From positions 192,001 through 256,000 of the forward strand of contig JANQNK010000003.1 in NCBI GenBank assembly GCA_028279595.1: a stretch of 64,000 bases of DNA. Direction: 5' to 3'. Below are positions 17,931-28,406 of this stretch, piece by piece. The notes beneath the pieces were generated by a model. That model was not told the DNA's origin, did not search any database, and worked only from the letters and a program-made list of their open reading frames with translations. The stretch comes from Thermoplasmatota archaeon. GTDB taxonomy: Archaea > Thermoplasmatota > JAKEGO01. Within the stretch, counting starts at the first letter, position 1, and the number at the start of each line of letters is the position of its first letter. Both the position numbers and the translations under genes were made by a program.

Positions 17931-19145
17931 CTATTTATCCTTCGTGCTGATGTTGTACTCGAAGCTGCAGGTGTCCGCTCCGCCGGCGATGGTGGTCTTG
18001 TGTGCCACCGACACCTTCTCGTCCGTCCATCCCGCGCTCCTCATGACCATGGTCCGGCACACGAGGCAGAACACAGGGTTCCCCCGTGCCTCCTCTACCC
18101 ACGGACATGCCTTGAAATGCAGTTCATCACCGACCATCTCGGTCTCGATGCCGACGTCCTGGAACAGCGTGGCTATCCATCCCTGAAGGCACTGGAAGTC
18201 GGGAAGCTGTTCCGATCCCTCTTCAAGGGAGCAAACCGAATCCTCGAGGAATCGGGGCCTCATCTGGGCCTCGAAGCGCTCCGCGAAGCTCTTGATGAGC
18301 TCGTCCCGGACCTTTGCGGGGACGCTGCCAGCGAATACCGGCAGGGCGCTGATGAGGAATCCATAGACCTCTCCCTTGGCCTTCTCGCGCTCTAGCGCTT
18401 CCGCCTTCTTCCGTTCCGTGATGTCCCTGAAGAACCCTCTGGTCAGGACGACCTGACCGTCCTTCACGAGCGCATTGACGTTCCCCTCGACGGTTATCCG
18501 GTCCCCATCCTTGGTCATGAACTCGGTCTCGATACCGGCGAGGGGACTGCCCGACATGACCTCCTTGAACATCACCATGCATTCCTCGCGATGATCGGGG
18601 CAAATGATGTCGAATACGTTCAGACCGGGTAGGTCCTCATCGGCAAATCCCAGGGTCTCCTTCCATGCCCGGTTCACATGGATGATCTCACCCTGTGGAC
18701 CGACCTGCTGGATCAGGTCCATCGAATTGTCGAAGAGGTCCCGCAGATGGGCCTCGCTCTCTCGGAGATCCGTCTCGAGCTTGTGCTTGTGGAGGGCCAT
18801 CTCGATGTTCGTGTGGAGTTCCCTCTCCTCGAAGGGTTTGAGTATGTACCCGAACGGATCGGTCAATTTTGCCCTTGATAGTGTATCGTCATCCGAGTAT
18901 GCGGTGAGGTAGACGATCGGTATGTCCATCCTCTCGCGGATACGCTCGGCCGCTTCGACGCCGTCGATGTCGCCCTTGAGGACTATGTCCATCAGGACCA
19001 GGTCGGGTCCCTTGTCGATGGCCAGGGCGACTGCGTCGTCACCCGTGGCGGCCGCACCCACGATGTCGTATCCGAGCGCCTCCAGGGTCGACTGGATGTC
19101 CATCGAGACTATGCTCTCGTCCTCGACGACCAGGATCCCGGTCAT
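17931..19145 (-). CDS. REC-PAS protein with a MetOD1-like (V4R-related) Cys-containing output domain
   Basis: REC plus one PAS. C-terminus FKACPW..NPVFCLVCR..TIAGGADTCSF. Confidence 0.75.
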   Translation of the reverse strand: MTGILVVEDESIVSMDIQSTLEALGYDIVGAAATGDDAVALAIDKGPDLVLMDIVLKGDIDGVEAAERIRERMDIPIVYLTAYSDDDTLSRAKLTDPFGYILKPFEERELHTNIEMALHKHKLETDLRESEAHLRDLFDNSMDLIQQVGPQGEIIHVNRAWKETLGFADEDLPGLNVFDIICPDHREECMVMFKEVMSGSPLAGIETEFMTKDGDRITVEGNVNALVKDGQVVLTRGFFRDITERKKAEALEREKAKGEVYGFLISALPVFAGSVPAKVRDELIKSFAERFEAQMRPRFLEDSVCSLEEGSEQLPDFQCLQGWIATLFQDVGIETEMVGDELHFKACPWVEEARGNPVFCLVCRTMVMRSAGWTDEKVSVAHKTTIAGGADTCSFEYNISTKDK

Positions 19146-20197
19146 TGACCCTCACTCCTCTTCTTCGACTTCTGCTCCTGGAACTCAACGGTGAACTTCG
19201 TCCCATCTGAGCTGTCGATATCGATGGTCCCGTCGAGCTGGTCCACGAGCGTGTTCACCAGCTGCATTCCGAGTGAGTCGGTAGAAGCGAAGTCGAAATC
19301 GTCCGGCAGGCCCACGCCGTCGTCCGCCACCCTGAGCATGTATCCGCCGTTGGTGCTGGCCAGGGTGATGAAGATCGTCCCCTTACGATCGTCGGGGAAC
19401 GCGTACTTGAAGGAGTTGGAGGCCATCTCCGTTATCATGAGACCGCAGGGAATGCCCGTCTCCACGTTCAGGTTGATGTCCTCGATGTTCATCTCGATGG
19501 CGACGTTCTTCGACGTTGCCGAGTAGGTCCTGCGGAGCTGGTTGATGAGGGTCCTCGTGTAGTCCGAGAAATCGATGGACTCGAGGTCGTCGGACCGATA
19601 GAGACGCTCATGGACGAGCGCCATGGACTTGACGCGGTTCTGGCTCTCCCTGAAGATGTCGAGGACGACCTCGTCCTCGATGAAGCGTGATTGTAACTGT
19701 AACAGGCTGGAAACGATCTGGAGGTTGTTCTTGACCCTGTGATGGATCTCCTTGAGGAGCCAGATCTTCTCCTCCAGGGATCTCTTGATCTGCTCTTCCG
19801 CCTTCTGCCGCTCGATGCCGTACCTGATGGCCTTCACCAGCAGGGCCCCGTCGGCCTTCCCCTTGACGATGTAATCCTGCGCCCCCTCGCGCATGGCCCT
19901 CAAGGCTATCGTCTCGTCGTCGAGTCCGGTCATCACGATGATCGCGGTCGACGGCGCATGCGCATTCATGACGAGGAACGTGTCGAAACCGCTCGAATCT
20001 GGAAGTGTGAGGTCTAGGAGTATCAGATCGAACTTCTCGTCGTTGATGAGGTCGATGCCCTCCTTCAGCGTCTCGACCCTCTGGAGGTCGATGCTCGTGG
20101 CACCAACCTCGAGTAGCATCTCCTGCATCAGCCGGGCGTCGCCCGGATTGTCCTCGACCAACAGGACCTTCGTGGTTAGGTCATCCATCTCCGTCAC
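19142..20197 (-). CDS. REC-HisKA_2-HATPase histidine kinase
   Basis: REC (VEDNPGD..LLDL), H-box [28 protein letters not shown]. Confidence 0.9.
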   Translation of the reverse strand: MTEMDDLTTKVLLVEDNPGDARLMQEMLLEVGATSIDLQRVETLKEGIDLINDEKFDLILLDLTLPDSSGFDTFLVMNAHAPSTAIIVMTGLDDETIALRAMREGAQDYIVKGKADGALLVKAIRYGIERQKAEEQIKRSLEEKIWLLKEIHHRVKNNLQIVSSLLQLQSRFIEDEVVLDIFRESQNRVKSMALVHERLYRSDDLESIDFSDYTRTLINQLRRTYSATSKNVAIEMNIEDINLNVETGIPCGLMITEMASNSFKYAFPDDRKGTIFITLASTNGGYMLRVADDGVGLPDDFDFASTDSLGMQLVNTLVDQLDGTIDIDSSDGTKFTVEFQEQKSKKRSEGQ

Positions 20198-20672
20198 CGC
20201 GCGGGAGCTTCACCAGCGTGAGCCAGAAGTTCTCGATCGATTTCACGACCTCCATGAACTGTCCGAGATCCACCGGCTTCGTGATGTAGCAGTTTGCATG
20301 ATGATCGTACGTGTTCAGGATGTCCTCCTCCGCCTTCGATGTCGTGAGGATGACCACGGGGATCAGCTTGAGGTCGTCGTCCGCCTTGACCTCCGCCAGG
20401 ACCTCCCTGCCGTCCTTCTTCGGAAGGTTCAGGTCGAGAAGGACGATGTCGGGACGGGGCTTCTCTGCGTACTTCCCCTCCTTCCTGAGGTACTCCATGG
20501 CCTTCTGTCCGTCGTCAACGACGTTCAGATTGGTGCGCACCTTCCCATCCTTGAACGCCTCCAAGGTGAGGCGCGCGTCCCCGGGATTGTCCTCCACAAG
20601 CAATATCTCAACGGTCTCTCCCATCTTGTTCACTGCCATCATCTCTCCCTCGAAGCTCTCTCCATCCATCAT
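20181..20672 (-). CDS. Stand-alone response regulator (Rcp1-like REC)
   Basis: [41 protein letters not shown]. Confidence 0.92.
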   Translation of the reverse strand: MMDGESFEGEMMAVNKMGETVEILLVEDNPGDARLTLEAFKDGKVRTNLNVVDDGQKAMEYLRKEGKYAEKPRPDIVLLDLNLPKKDGREVLAEVKADDDLKLIPVVILTTSKAEEDILNTYDHHANCYITKPVDLGQFMEVVKSIENFWLTLVKLPRGDGDG

Positions 20673-23600
20673 GGCGTCTCACTCCTGTTAATCGGGAAGG
20701 TGAAATTAAAGGTTGCGCCCTCGCCGGGCTCGGACTCGACCCAGATCTCCCCACCGTGTCTTTCCACTATCCGCTTGCACACCGCCAGACCGATCCCGGT
20801 GCCCTCGTACTCCTCCCGGCCATGAAGCCTCTGGAAGATGACGAATATGCGCTCCTTGTACTCCGGATCGATGCCTATGCCGTTGTCCTTGACGGATATC
20901 TTCCACATCCTCTCTTCCTGCTCCACTCCCACGTGTATCTTCGGCGAAGAGTCGCCGCGGAACTTGATCGCGTTGGCCATCAGGTTCTGCATGAGCTGCG
21001 CGAGCTGCGACGGGTCTCCCGAGATGGGAGGGAGGTCATCGTGGGTGATCTCGGCACCGCTCTCCTCTATAGCTATCTTGAGGTTCGCGGTGGCGATGTC
21101 GAATATCTTCTGGAGTTCGAGGGGTTCGAACGGCTTTCCCCTCGTATTGACGCGTGAGTATTGAAGCAGGTCGTTGATGAGCGTCTGCATCCGCTTCGCT
21201 CCGTCCACGGCGTACTCGATGAACTCGTCGGCGTCGTCGTCAAGCTTGCCCTTGTACCGGCGTTCGAGGAGCTGGACATAGCTGGCGACCATCCTCAATG
21301 GTTCCTGCAGGTCGTGGGAGGCCACGTAGGCGAACTGCTCCAGTTCCTTGTTGCTTCGCTCCAGCGCCTTCGCGTAGTCCTGGACGTCATGCTCCACCTG
21401 ACGCCTGAGCGTGATGTCCCTGACGGCTCCGAGCTCGGCGTAGTCGCCGTCGAACATGATGTTGGATACCGAGAACTCGCAGTACCTAACGTTCTTTCGA
21501 CGTGTCATGATGCGCGCCTCGTAGGTGTGGGGGGCGCCCTTCCCCTCACGCCGCGCCTTGGTGACCTCCTCAATGACCTCGCGGTCCTCGGGGTGTATGA
21601 GATCGAGCATGCTCATCTCCATGAGCTCCTTGGTGTTGTACTCGGTGATGTCGCAGACCCTCTCGTTGATGAAGACCAGTCCGCCGATGGCCTCGATGTA
21701 GACCCCGTCGTGGCTCCTCTCGACGAGGGTCCTGTACTTCTCCTCGCTCTCCCGGATGGCCTCCTCGACCTTCCGTCTCGCGCTTATGTCCCTTGCGATA
21801 CCCTGGATCGCTACCGGGACCCCTCCCTTCAGGACGAGCGATGACATGACCTCGACCCAGACACGGCTGCCGTCCTTGCGCTTGAGCCTGAACTCCACAG
21901 GGTCCCGCTGATAACCGACCTTCATCAGCTCCTCCACGGTCCCGAACGCCTTCTCGAGGTCCTCCTCCTCGAGCAGGGTAGCAAAGTTCACTCCGCCGAT
22001 CTCCTCCTTCCTGTATCCTGTAAGGTCCTGGGCCGCCTGGTTGGCGTCTATGAAGTGACCCTCGAAATCGCTAGTGTAAACGGCGTCCATCGAGCCGTCG
22101 AAGAGGGACCTGTACCTGTCCTCCATGTCCTTGATCGCGATCTGTGCCTGCCTTCTCTGAATTGCGACCGAGGCCTGGTTGATCAATGCCTCGATGAGCT
22201 CCAGGTCCTCGAGCTCGTTCTTCCTCTTCGGTATGATAATAACTGAACCGAACTGCTTTCCCTCGTTGATTATCCCCATCTCGTAGATGCTCCTGATCCC
22301 CATCATCCTGCCGCCGGTATTGATCACGGATGCAGGCAGGACACCGCTCGTCAATGCGGCGAGGTCCCCCTCCAGTTTCTTCAGATGGGGTCTGTCACCC
22401 TTGAACCTGGCTTCATCGGTCAACGGGAACTCCATCCCGACGATGTCCTTCCCGATGAGCTTCAACGCCTTACGCGCCTTATCATCGATCCCGTGGACGG
22501 ACCTTATGACCATGGCGTCCTTCCTATCATCATAGAAGAGCATGAAGATGTATCCCTTGCCGATCTGTTCGAGGACCTTGTCCCCGATGAACTCGAAGAT
22601 GTCGTACTCCATGGGAAGGTCGGCGTACTCGACGGTCATCTGCGAAAGCAGTGCCATATCGTGGAAGTACTTCCTCTCCTTCTCCTGGGTCTTTCGCCTC
22701 TCCGTGACGTCCCGCCCCAGCATGACCAGGCCCTGGACGTTCCCGGACGCGTCCCTGATCACCGAGGTCGTGAAGGAGACGGGTATCGATCTACCGCCAG
22801 GTCGCATGATGCTGGCATCGAGGTACTTCTTCGCGTCCTTTCCGACGACCTGCTTGTACCATCTCTCGCCAAGGGCCTTCCCGTCGCTGCCGGTGAATAT
22901 CTTGGTCATCGGCATCCCGATGAGGTACCGCTCGGTCATCCCGGTGAGCCTGCTAGCGGCCTTGTTGACCTTGACGATCGTCCCTGTGCTGTCGACGAGG
23001 AAGAGCGAATCCGACATGTTCCTTGTGATGTTCCCGGCGGCTGTCGCGGGATTGATGTTGAAGAGGCCGTACTTCGATATCCCGTATGCGATGAAGAAGT
23101 TACCGAAGGTGAACGACGTTATCTGCATCTCCGGATAACGGCTTCCCGCCAGCATCTGGCCGATGGATGAGAAGCTTCCGAAGAGGATCGGGACCACGAG
23201 GCCCACGGTCACGAACTTCGCCTGCCCTTTCTTTTCCGCATCCTCCTGCTTCAGGTAATAACTGAGGCAGAGGTAGAGTGCGAGGAAGCTCATGAGGACG
23301 GCCCAAATGGGAATGACCGCTCCGATGATCGGGTCCCCCATGCTCTCGTAGGTCCATCCCCAGTAATACTTATCGGGGCGTCCCATGAACTCATCCATGA
23401 ACAGGCCGAACGACGACAGGATGAAGGCGGGACCGTAGATCAGGACGTATGAGAGCCTGCTTTTGAGGAATTCGGTCGATTCCGTGTAGACCAGTGCGAA
23501 ATTCAGGAGGAGCGCGACGGCGAAGGGCCACAGTGTATAGGCCTTCAACCAGAATTCCGCCATCTCGTAATCCCCGGCTATCCTGAGCTGGAACTCGATG

Positions 23601-23752
23601 AATGCGAAGGCGGCGATCGTCAATGAGAGGATCGCGAACATCCGGCTCTTCTGATCGCTCGAATTCCTCAGTACGATATGGGCGACGAACGCCGAGACGA
23701 CGAACGCGTTGAACGAGAGGTATGCATAGATGTTCAGTTGCGCCCCCTCCAT
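20669..23752 (-). CDS. Membrane histidine kinase: 7TM(HisKA_7TM-like)-PAS-GAF-PAS-PAS-HisKA-HATPase
   Basis: Seven hydrophobic N-terminal segments, PAS motifs, H-box [30 protein letters not shown]. Confidence 0.9.
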   Translation of the reverse strand: MEGAQLNIYAYLSFNAFVVSAFVAHIVLRNSSDQKSRMFAILSLTIAAFAFIEFQLRIAGDYEMAEFWLKAYTLWPFAVALLLNFALVYTESTEFLKSRLSYVLIYGPAFILSSFGLFMDEFMGRPDKYYWGWTYESMGDPIIGAVIPIWAVLMSFLALYLCLSYYLKQEDAEKKGQAKFVTVGLVVPILFGSFSSIGQMLAGSRYPEMQITSFTFGNFFIAYGISKYGLFNINPATAAGNITRNMSDSLFLVDSTGTIVKVNKAASRLTGMTERYLIGMPMTKIFTGSDGKALGERWYKQVVGKDAKKYLDASIMRPGGRSIPVSFTTSVIRDASGNVQGLVMLGRDVTERRKTQEKERKYFHDMALLSQMTVEYADLPMEYDIFEFIGDKVLEQIGKGYIFMLFYDDRKDAMVIRSVHGIDDKARKALKLIGKDIVGMEFPLTDEARFKGDRPHLKKLEGDLAALTSGVLPASVINTGGRMMGIRSIYEMGIINEGKQFGSVIIIPKRKNELEDLELIEALINQASVAIQRRQAQIAIKDMEDRYRSLFDGSMDAVYTSDFEGHFIDANQAAQDLTGYRKEEIGGVNFATLLEEEDLEKAFGTVEELMKVGYQRDPVEFRLKRKDGSRVWVEVMSSLVLKGGVPVAIQGIARDISARRKVEEAIRESEEKYRTLVERSHDGVYIEAIGGLVFINERVCDITEYNTKELMEMSMLDLIHPEDREVIEEVTKARREGKGAPHTYEARIMTRRKNVRYCEFSVSNIMFDGDYAELGAVRDITLRRQVEHDVQDYAKALERSNKELEQFAYVASHDLQEPLRMVASYVQLLERRYKGKLDDDADEFIEYAVDGAKRMQTLINDLLQYSRVNTRGKPFEPLELQKIFDIATANLKIAIEESGAEITHDDLPPISGDPSQLAQLMQNLMANAIKFRGDSSPKIHVGVEQEERMWKISVKDNGIGIDPEYKERIFVIFQRLHGREEYEGTGIGLAVCKRIVERHGGEIWVESEPGEGATFNFTFPINRSETP

Positions 23753-23966
23753 ACTAGGGAGCCATGAACGATACCTCTGGATGGACCGTGTCCGGAAAAT
23801 TCGGTTCCACCAGCGTCATAGCGCTTTCGTCCCACCGACTCCACCGCTCAACGAATGTCCCTGTATACTATATATGTGTTATGTGCTCGTAACCCTTGTA
23901 TTCCTGCAAATAACCACGGTCCTTTATATATGAAACAGGACCGTCGATATCTCGGTTCGACGGTGT

Positions 23967-26153
23967 TCAGGTCCTGTCCTTGTACTTCAGGTCCTTGAAC
24001 CTGATCACGAACGCGGTCCCGCCGCTCCTGTCGATCTCCACCGTTCCGTCAAGGTGGTCGGTCAGTGATCCTATCAGCTGCATGCCGAGCGTGTCCTTTG
24101 CCCCGATATCGATCCCTTCAGGCAGACCGACGCCGTCGTCGGATATCCTGAGCTCGTACTCGGAGTCAGCAGTCTCCTTCAGAAAGAGGGATATCTTGCC
24201 CTTCCTTCCCTCCGGGAAGGCGTACTTCAGTGCATTGGATATCAGTTCGTTCGCAATGAGCCCGCAAGGGATACCCGTGTCGATGCTGAGGTGGATGTCC
24301 CCGACGTCGATCTCGTACGCGACGACCTCCGAGTTCACCCCGTAGGACTGGAAGAGGAACGACGTGAGTGTGGAAAGATACTCACCGAAGTCTATCTTGG
24401 CCAGGTCATCGGACTCGTAGAGCTTCGCGTGTAAAAGCGACATCGTCCTGATGCGGTTCATGCTCTCCATGAACATCAGATGCGAGACGTCGTCCGAGAC
24501 CTTCTTCGACTGCAGGTGCAGGAGGCTGGATATGATCTGGAGGTTGTTCTTGACCCTGTGGTGGATCTCCTTGAGGAGGATCTCCTTCTCCCTCAGGTTG
24601 GCGCGGATCCGCTCCTCAGCCTTCTTCCTCTCCGTGACGTCGCGGCCGACCTCGATGACCCCGATCACTAGGCCGTTCTCGTCGAAGTGACGGCTTGCAT
24701 TCCAGGCGACGGTCCTCTCGCCGCCGTACTTGGTCTTGATCACCGTCTCGTGGTCCTGGTCCATCTCCCCTCCGCCGAGGATCCGGTTGAACCTCTCCTT
24801 GACGGCCTCCCTGGCCGTCTTGTCCGGATAGAGCCATTTCCAGATCTCGGTCCCGCCCACGATATCCTCCGATTCGTAACCGCTAATGGTCTCCGCCGCC
24901 TTGTTCCACACTAGGACGTTCATGCTGTCGTCCATGACCGTGAGCCAGTCGTTCGCGTTGTCGACGATGAACTTGAGGAAGTTCGAGACCTTCTCGAGCT
25001 CGATCTCCGCCCTCTTCTGCTGGGTCACGTCCTTGACGGCGATCCCGAGCCTGCTGCCCGGCATCCTGAAGGCGCGGATGTTGTAGTAGCCCTCCGACAG
25101 CTCGCCCTTCAGGTGGAACGCCTCCTCCTCGAAGGGTTCGCCGGTTCTCATGACCTCGAGGAAGGCGTCCTTGAGCTTCAGGTCGGCGATGGGCGGCCAG
25201 ATGTCCTCCATCTCCCTGGCTATCCACTCGTCCACGGAGCGTTTGATCAGGCGCTCGGCCTCCGGGTTCCCCTCGAGTAGCACCAGGCGGTCCTTGCCTT
25301 CGCGCTGGAATATGAGGAGTCCGGTCGGGATCGACCTCACGATGTCGGCGGAGGTCTGGAACGATTCCATCAGCGCCTTGGCGGCCCGAAGCCTCTCCGT
25401 TACGTCGTGGAACACGACCATCACAACGCCTATGGTCCCCATCTCGTCCTTGATGGGCGTCCCGCGGTACTCGATCATCTGCTCCGAACCGTCCTTCGAA
25501 ATGAGTACAGGGTTCTCCGCCCTCTGCTTTTCCAGCTCCCCCTCGAGGATCTGCTGGGCGGTGTTCGTGAACCTCTCACCGCTCTGGTCGTCGACCACCC
25601 TAAAGACGTCGTCCAGGGCCTTTCCGTATGCGTCCTCCTGGGACCATCCCGTCAGCTCCTGGGCAATCGGATTGATGTAGGTGACGATGCCGTCGGTGTC
25701 GGTCGTGATCACGGCATCTCCGATGCTCTGCAGGACGGTGGAGAGCCATTTCTCGCTCTCTCGGATGCTCTTGTCGATCCTGTGCTTGTTGAGGGCCATT
25801 TCGATGCCCGTGAACAGGTCCCGGTCCTCGAATGGCTTCAGTATGTATCCGAACGGGTTCGTCTGCTTCGCCCTGTCCAGTGTGACCTTGTCATTGTACG
25901 CCGTGAGATAGATTATCGGTATGTCGAGGAACGATCGGATCCTGTCGGCCGCCTGGACGCCGTCCAGATCGCCCTTCAGTTGAATGTCCATGAGGACCAG
26001 GTCGGGCCTGTAGGTCTCGGCGCTCTCGACGGCCTCGGCGCCCGTGGACGCTATCCCGCACACGTCGTAACCCAGCGATTTGACCCTGTACTGGATGTCC
26101 TTCGCGACGATCTTCTCATCCTCTACGACCAGCACCTTGATGTTCGCCATCAA
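23967..26153 (-). CDS. REC-PAS x3-HisKA_2-HATPase histidine kinase
   Basis: REC, three PAS ending in D(V/I)TE-type motifs, [11 protein letters not shown]. Confidence 0.9.
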   Translation of the reverse strand: MMANIKVLVVEDEKIVAKDIQYRVKSLGYDVCGIASTGAEAVESAETYRPDLVLMDIQLKGDLDGVQAADRIRSFLDIPIIYLTAYNDKVTLDRAKQTNPFGYILKPFEDRDLFTGIEMALNKHRIDKSIRESEKWLSTVLQSIGDAVITTDTDGIVTYINPIAQELTGWSQEDAYGKALDDVFRVVDDQSGERFTNTAQQILEGELEKQRAENPVLISKDGSEQMIEYRGTPIKDEMGTIGVVMVVFHDVTERLRAAKALMESFQTSADIVRSIPTGLLIFQREGKDRLVLLEGNPEAERLIKRSVDEWIAREMEDIWPPIADLKLKDAFLEVMRTGEPFEEEAFHLKGELSEGYYNIRAFRMPGSRLGIAVKDVTQQKRAEIELEKVSNFLKFIVDNANDWLTVMDDSMNVLVWNKAAETISGYESEDIVGGTEIWKWLYPDKTAREAVKERFNRILGGGEMDQDHETVIKTKYGGERTVAWNASRHFDENGLVIGVIEVGRDVTERKKAEERIRANLREKEILLKEIHHRVKNNLQIISSLLHLQSKKVSDDVSHLMFMESMNRIRTMSLLHAKLYESDDLAKIDFGEYLSTLTSFLFQSYGVNSEVVAYEIDVGDIHLSIDTGIPCGLIANELISNALKYAFPEGRKGKISLFLKETADSEYELRISDDGVGLPEGIDIGAKDTLGMQLIGSLTDHLDGTVEIDRSGGTAFVIRFKDLKYKDRT

Positions 26154-27967
26154 TCTTCCTCCTTTCCTTCCTCGAACTCGATCCTGAACCCGACGCCCGG
26201 TCCGTTCAGGATCTCAATGCTGCCCTCGAGCTGCTCGACCAGGGTCCTGATCAGGACCATGCCCATGGATTCCATCTCCCGGGGGTCCGCGCCCTCGGGC
26301 ATACCGATCCCGTCGTCAACGACGCTGAGCACCATCCCCCCTTCCTCGGACCTATGGAACCCGATCGTAATGCTTCCCTCGCGGCCGTCTGGGAACCCGT
26401 GCTTGAGGGAGTTGGAAACGAGTTCGTTGATCATGAGCCCGCAGGGGATCGCAGCGTCGATCCCTAGATGGATGTCCTCGACGTCCATTCCGATGGTGAC
26501 GCTGCCGGTCTCGTGGAGGTACGACCTCTTGAGTCCCGATATCAATGTGTCGATGTAGTCCAGGAGCTCGATCCTCGACAGGTCCTCCGACCGGTAGAGC
26601 TTCTCGTGGACGAGCGCCATGGACTTGATGCGGTTCTGGCTGTCCCTGTAGAGCTCTTCCGTCGGGATGTCCTTCCCGAGCTCGCCCTGGAGGTTGAGCA
26701 TGCTGGAGATCACCTGGAGGTTGTTCTTGACCCTGTGGTGTATCTCCTTCAGCATCAGTTCCTTCTCCCTCAGTGACGCCTTCGTCCTCTCGTCAGCCTC
26801 GACCCTCTCCGTGACGTCGGAGATGATATGGACCGCGCCCGTGATCGCACCGTTCTCGTCGAGGATCGGATCGATGGTGATCTCGAGCCAATTGTCGTCG
26901 TATCGGATCACCTTCGTAGCCCGGGCACGCGACCTGAGCACGTCACCCATCGGGCATCCCGATTCGGGTCCCTCCGGACCCCCGATGAGCTCGTAGCAGT
27001 TGGATCCGATGATCTCCGTGAACGGCTTCCCGATGAGCTTCGCGGTGGCCCTGTTGCACTGTATGATCACGCCGTCCTCGTCCAGAAGACTGACGGCGTC
27101 TCCCATGGAGTCGAATGTCGACACCCACTGGCGGACGGCCGTTCCCAACGCCTCCTCCGCCCATCTCCTGCCCGTGATGTCGATGAAGGTGACGAGGTCT
27201 GCGAAGTGACCGCCGTACTCGATCGTCTTGGAGTACATATCGACCCATTTGGTCTCCCCGGCCTTGTTGATCAACCTGTACTGGTAATTGTTGACGACGT
27301 CCTTCTCGCCGGCCTGCTTCTTCCTGGCCTGCTCCATGACGAAGTCAAGGTCCTCGGGATGTATGACGTTCGCGAACTCGTTCGGTGCCCAGGAGGTTAT
27401 CTCGTCGATGGAGTAGCCCGTGGCGTTAGCGGCCGCCTGGTTGGCATACTTGAAGACGCCGTCCTGCAGGATGGCTATCCCTAGAAGCGACTGCTCCGAC
27501 AGGAGCCGGAACATCTCCTCGCTGTCCTTGAGGGCCCGCTCGATCATGATCGATTCGGTGACGTCCTGGAAGCTCCCTTCGTAATAGTCGAGGTCTCCCT
27601 TCTCATCCCTTATCTCGCGGGAGTTCTCGACCATCCAGATGGTCCCGCCGTCGACCCGTCTCATCTGGGCCGTGAAGTTCTGGACCACGCCGTGCTCGGC
27701 CATGTTCCTCGTCCATTCGCGGCGAACCTTGTCATCCACGTAGAACTCCCCGGCGTTCATACCGCGAAGGGTATCGAGGTCCGGGCATCCGAGCATCTCG
27801 AGAAGTGCCGGGTTCGCGTCGACGACGTCCCCCGAAGGGGTCGTCCGGTACAGCCCTATCGGTACCCTGTCGTACAGGTCCCCGAGGTCCCGCTCGATGC
27901 CTCCGGCTCCCCGTCCCTTCTCCGCCTCGCCTGCTTCCACCTCAGGTCTTTTCATCCGCAACACCAA
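26150..27967 (-). CDS. PAS x3-HisKA_2-HATPase histidine kinase
   Basis: Three [26 protein letters not shown]. True start may be MKRPEVE, a few codons in. Confidence 0.9.
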   Translation of the reverse strand: MVLRMKRPEVEAGEAEKGRGAGGIERDLGDLYDRVPIGLYRTTPSGDVVDANPALLEMLGCPDLDTLRGMNAGEFYVDDKVRREWTRNMAEHGVVQNFTAQMRRVDGGTIWMVENSREIRDEKGDLDYYEGSFQDVTESIMIERALKDSEEMFRLLSEQSLLGIAILQDGVFKYANQAAANATGYSIDEITSWAPNEFANVIHPEDLDFVMEQARKKQAGEKDVVNNYQYRLINKAGETKWVDMYSKTIEYGGHFADLVTFIDITGRRWAEEALGTAVRQWVSTFDSMGDAVSLLDEDGVIIQCNRATAKLIGKPFTEIIGSNCYELIGGPEGPESGCPMGDVLRSRARATKVIRYDDNWLEITIDPILDENGAITGAVHIISDVTERVEADERTKASLREKELMLKEIHHRVKNNLQVISSMLNLQGELGKDIPTEELYRDSQNRIKSMALVHEKLYRSEDLSRIELLDYIDTLISGLKRSYLHETGSVTIGMDVEDIHLGIDAAIPCGLMINELVSNSLKHGFPDGREGSITIGFHRSEEGGMVLSVVDDGIGMPEGADPREMESMGMVLIRTLVEQLEGSIEILNGPGVGFRIEFEEGKEED

Positions 27968-28406
27968 GACTCTCGTTCAGTATGAGCCAGTAGAGATTGA
28001 GCGCCCGAACCATCTCGAGCAGTGAATCGAAATTGACGGGCTTGACGAGATACGAGTTGGCGCCGAGGTCGTAGGCCCTCTTGATGTCCGAGATCTCCTT
28101 TGAGGAGGTCAGCACGACCACCGGCAACCTGCTCAGGCCCGGATGCTTGCGGAGCCAAGCGAGCACGTCGAACCCGGAGCTCCGGGGGAGCTTTAGGTCC
28201 AGGAGGAGCAGGACCGGATGGGGATACGCTTCCCTGTCAGCGTACTGGCCGTTCCCGGCCAGGTAGTCCAGCGCCTGGTCTCCGTCCTCTACGACTTGGA
28301 TCGGGTTCCCGATCTCGGCCTTCTTGAATGCCCTCTTCACGAGCAGTACGTCGTTCGGGTCGTCCTCGACGAGCAGGATCGTGTAGTTCTCGACGTTCAT
28401 CTTCAT
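27942..28406 (-). CDS. Stand-alone response regulator (Rcp1-like REC)
   Basis: ILLVEDDPND, LLLLDLKLP, VVVLTSS, ANSYLVKPV. Confidence 0.92.
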   Translation of the reverse strand: MKMNVENYTILLVEDDPNDVLLVKRAFKKAEIGNPIQVVEDGDQALDYLAGNGQYADREAYPHPVLLLLDLKLPRSSGFDVLAWLRKHPGLSRLPVVVLTSSKEISDIKRAYDLGANSYLVKPVNFDSLLEMVRALNLYWLILNESLGVADEKT

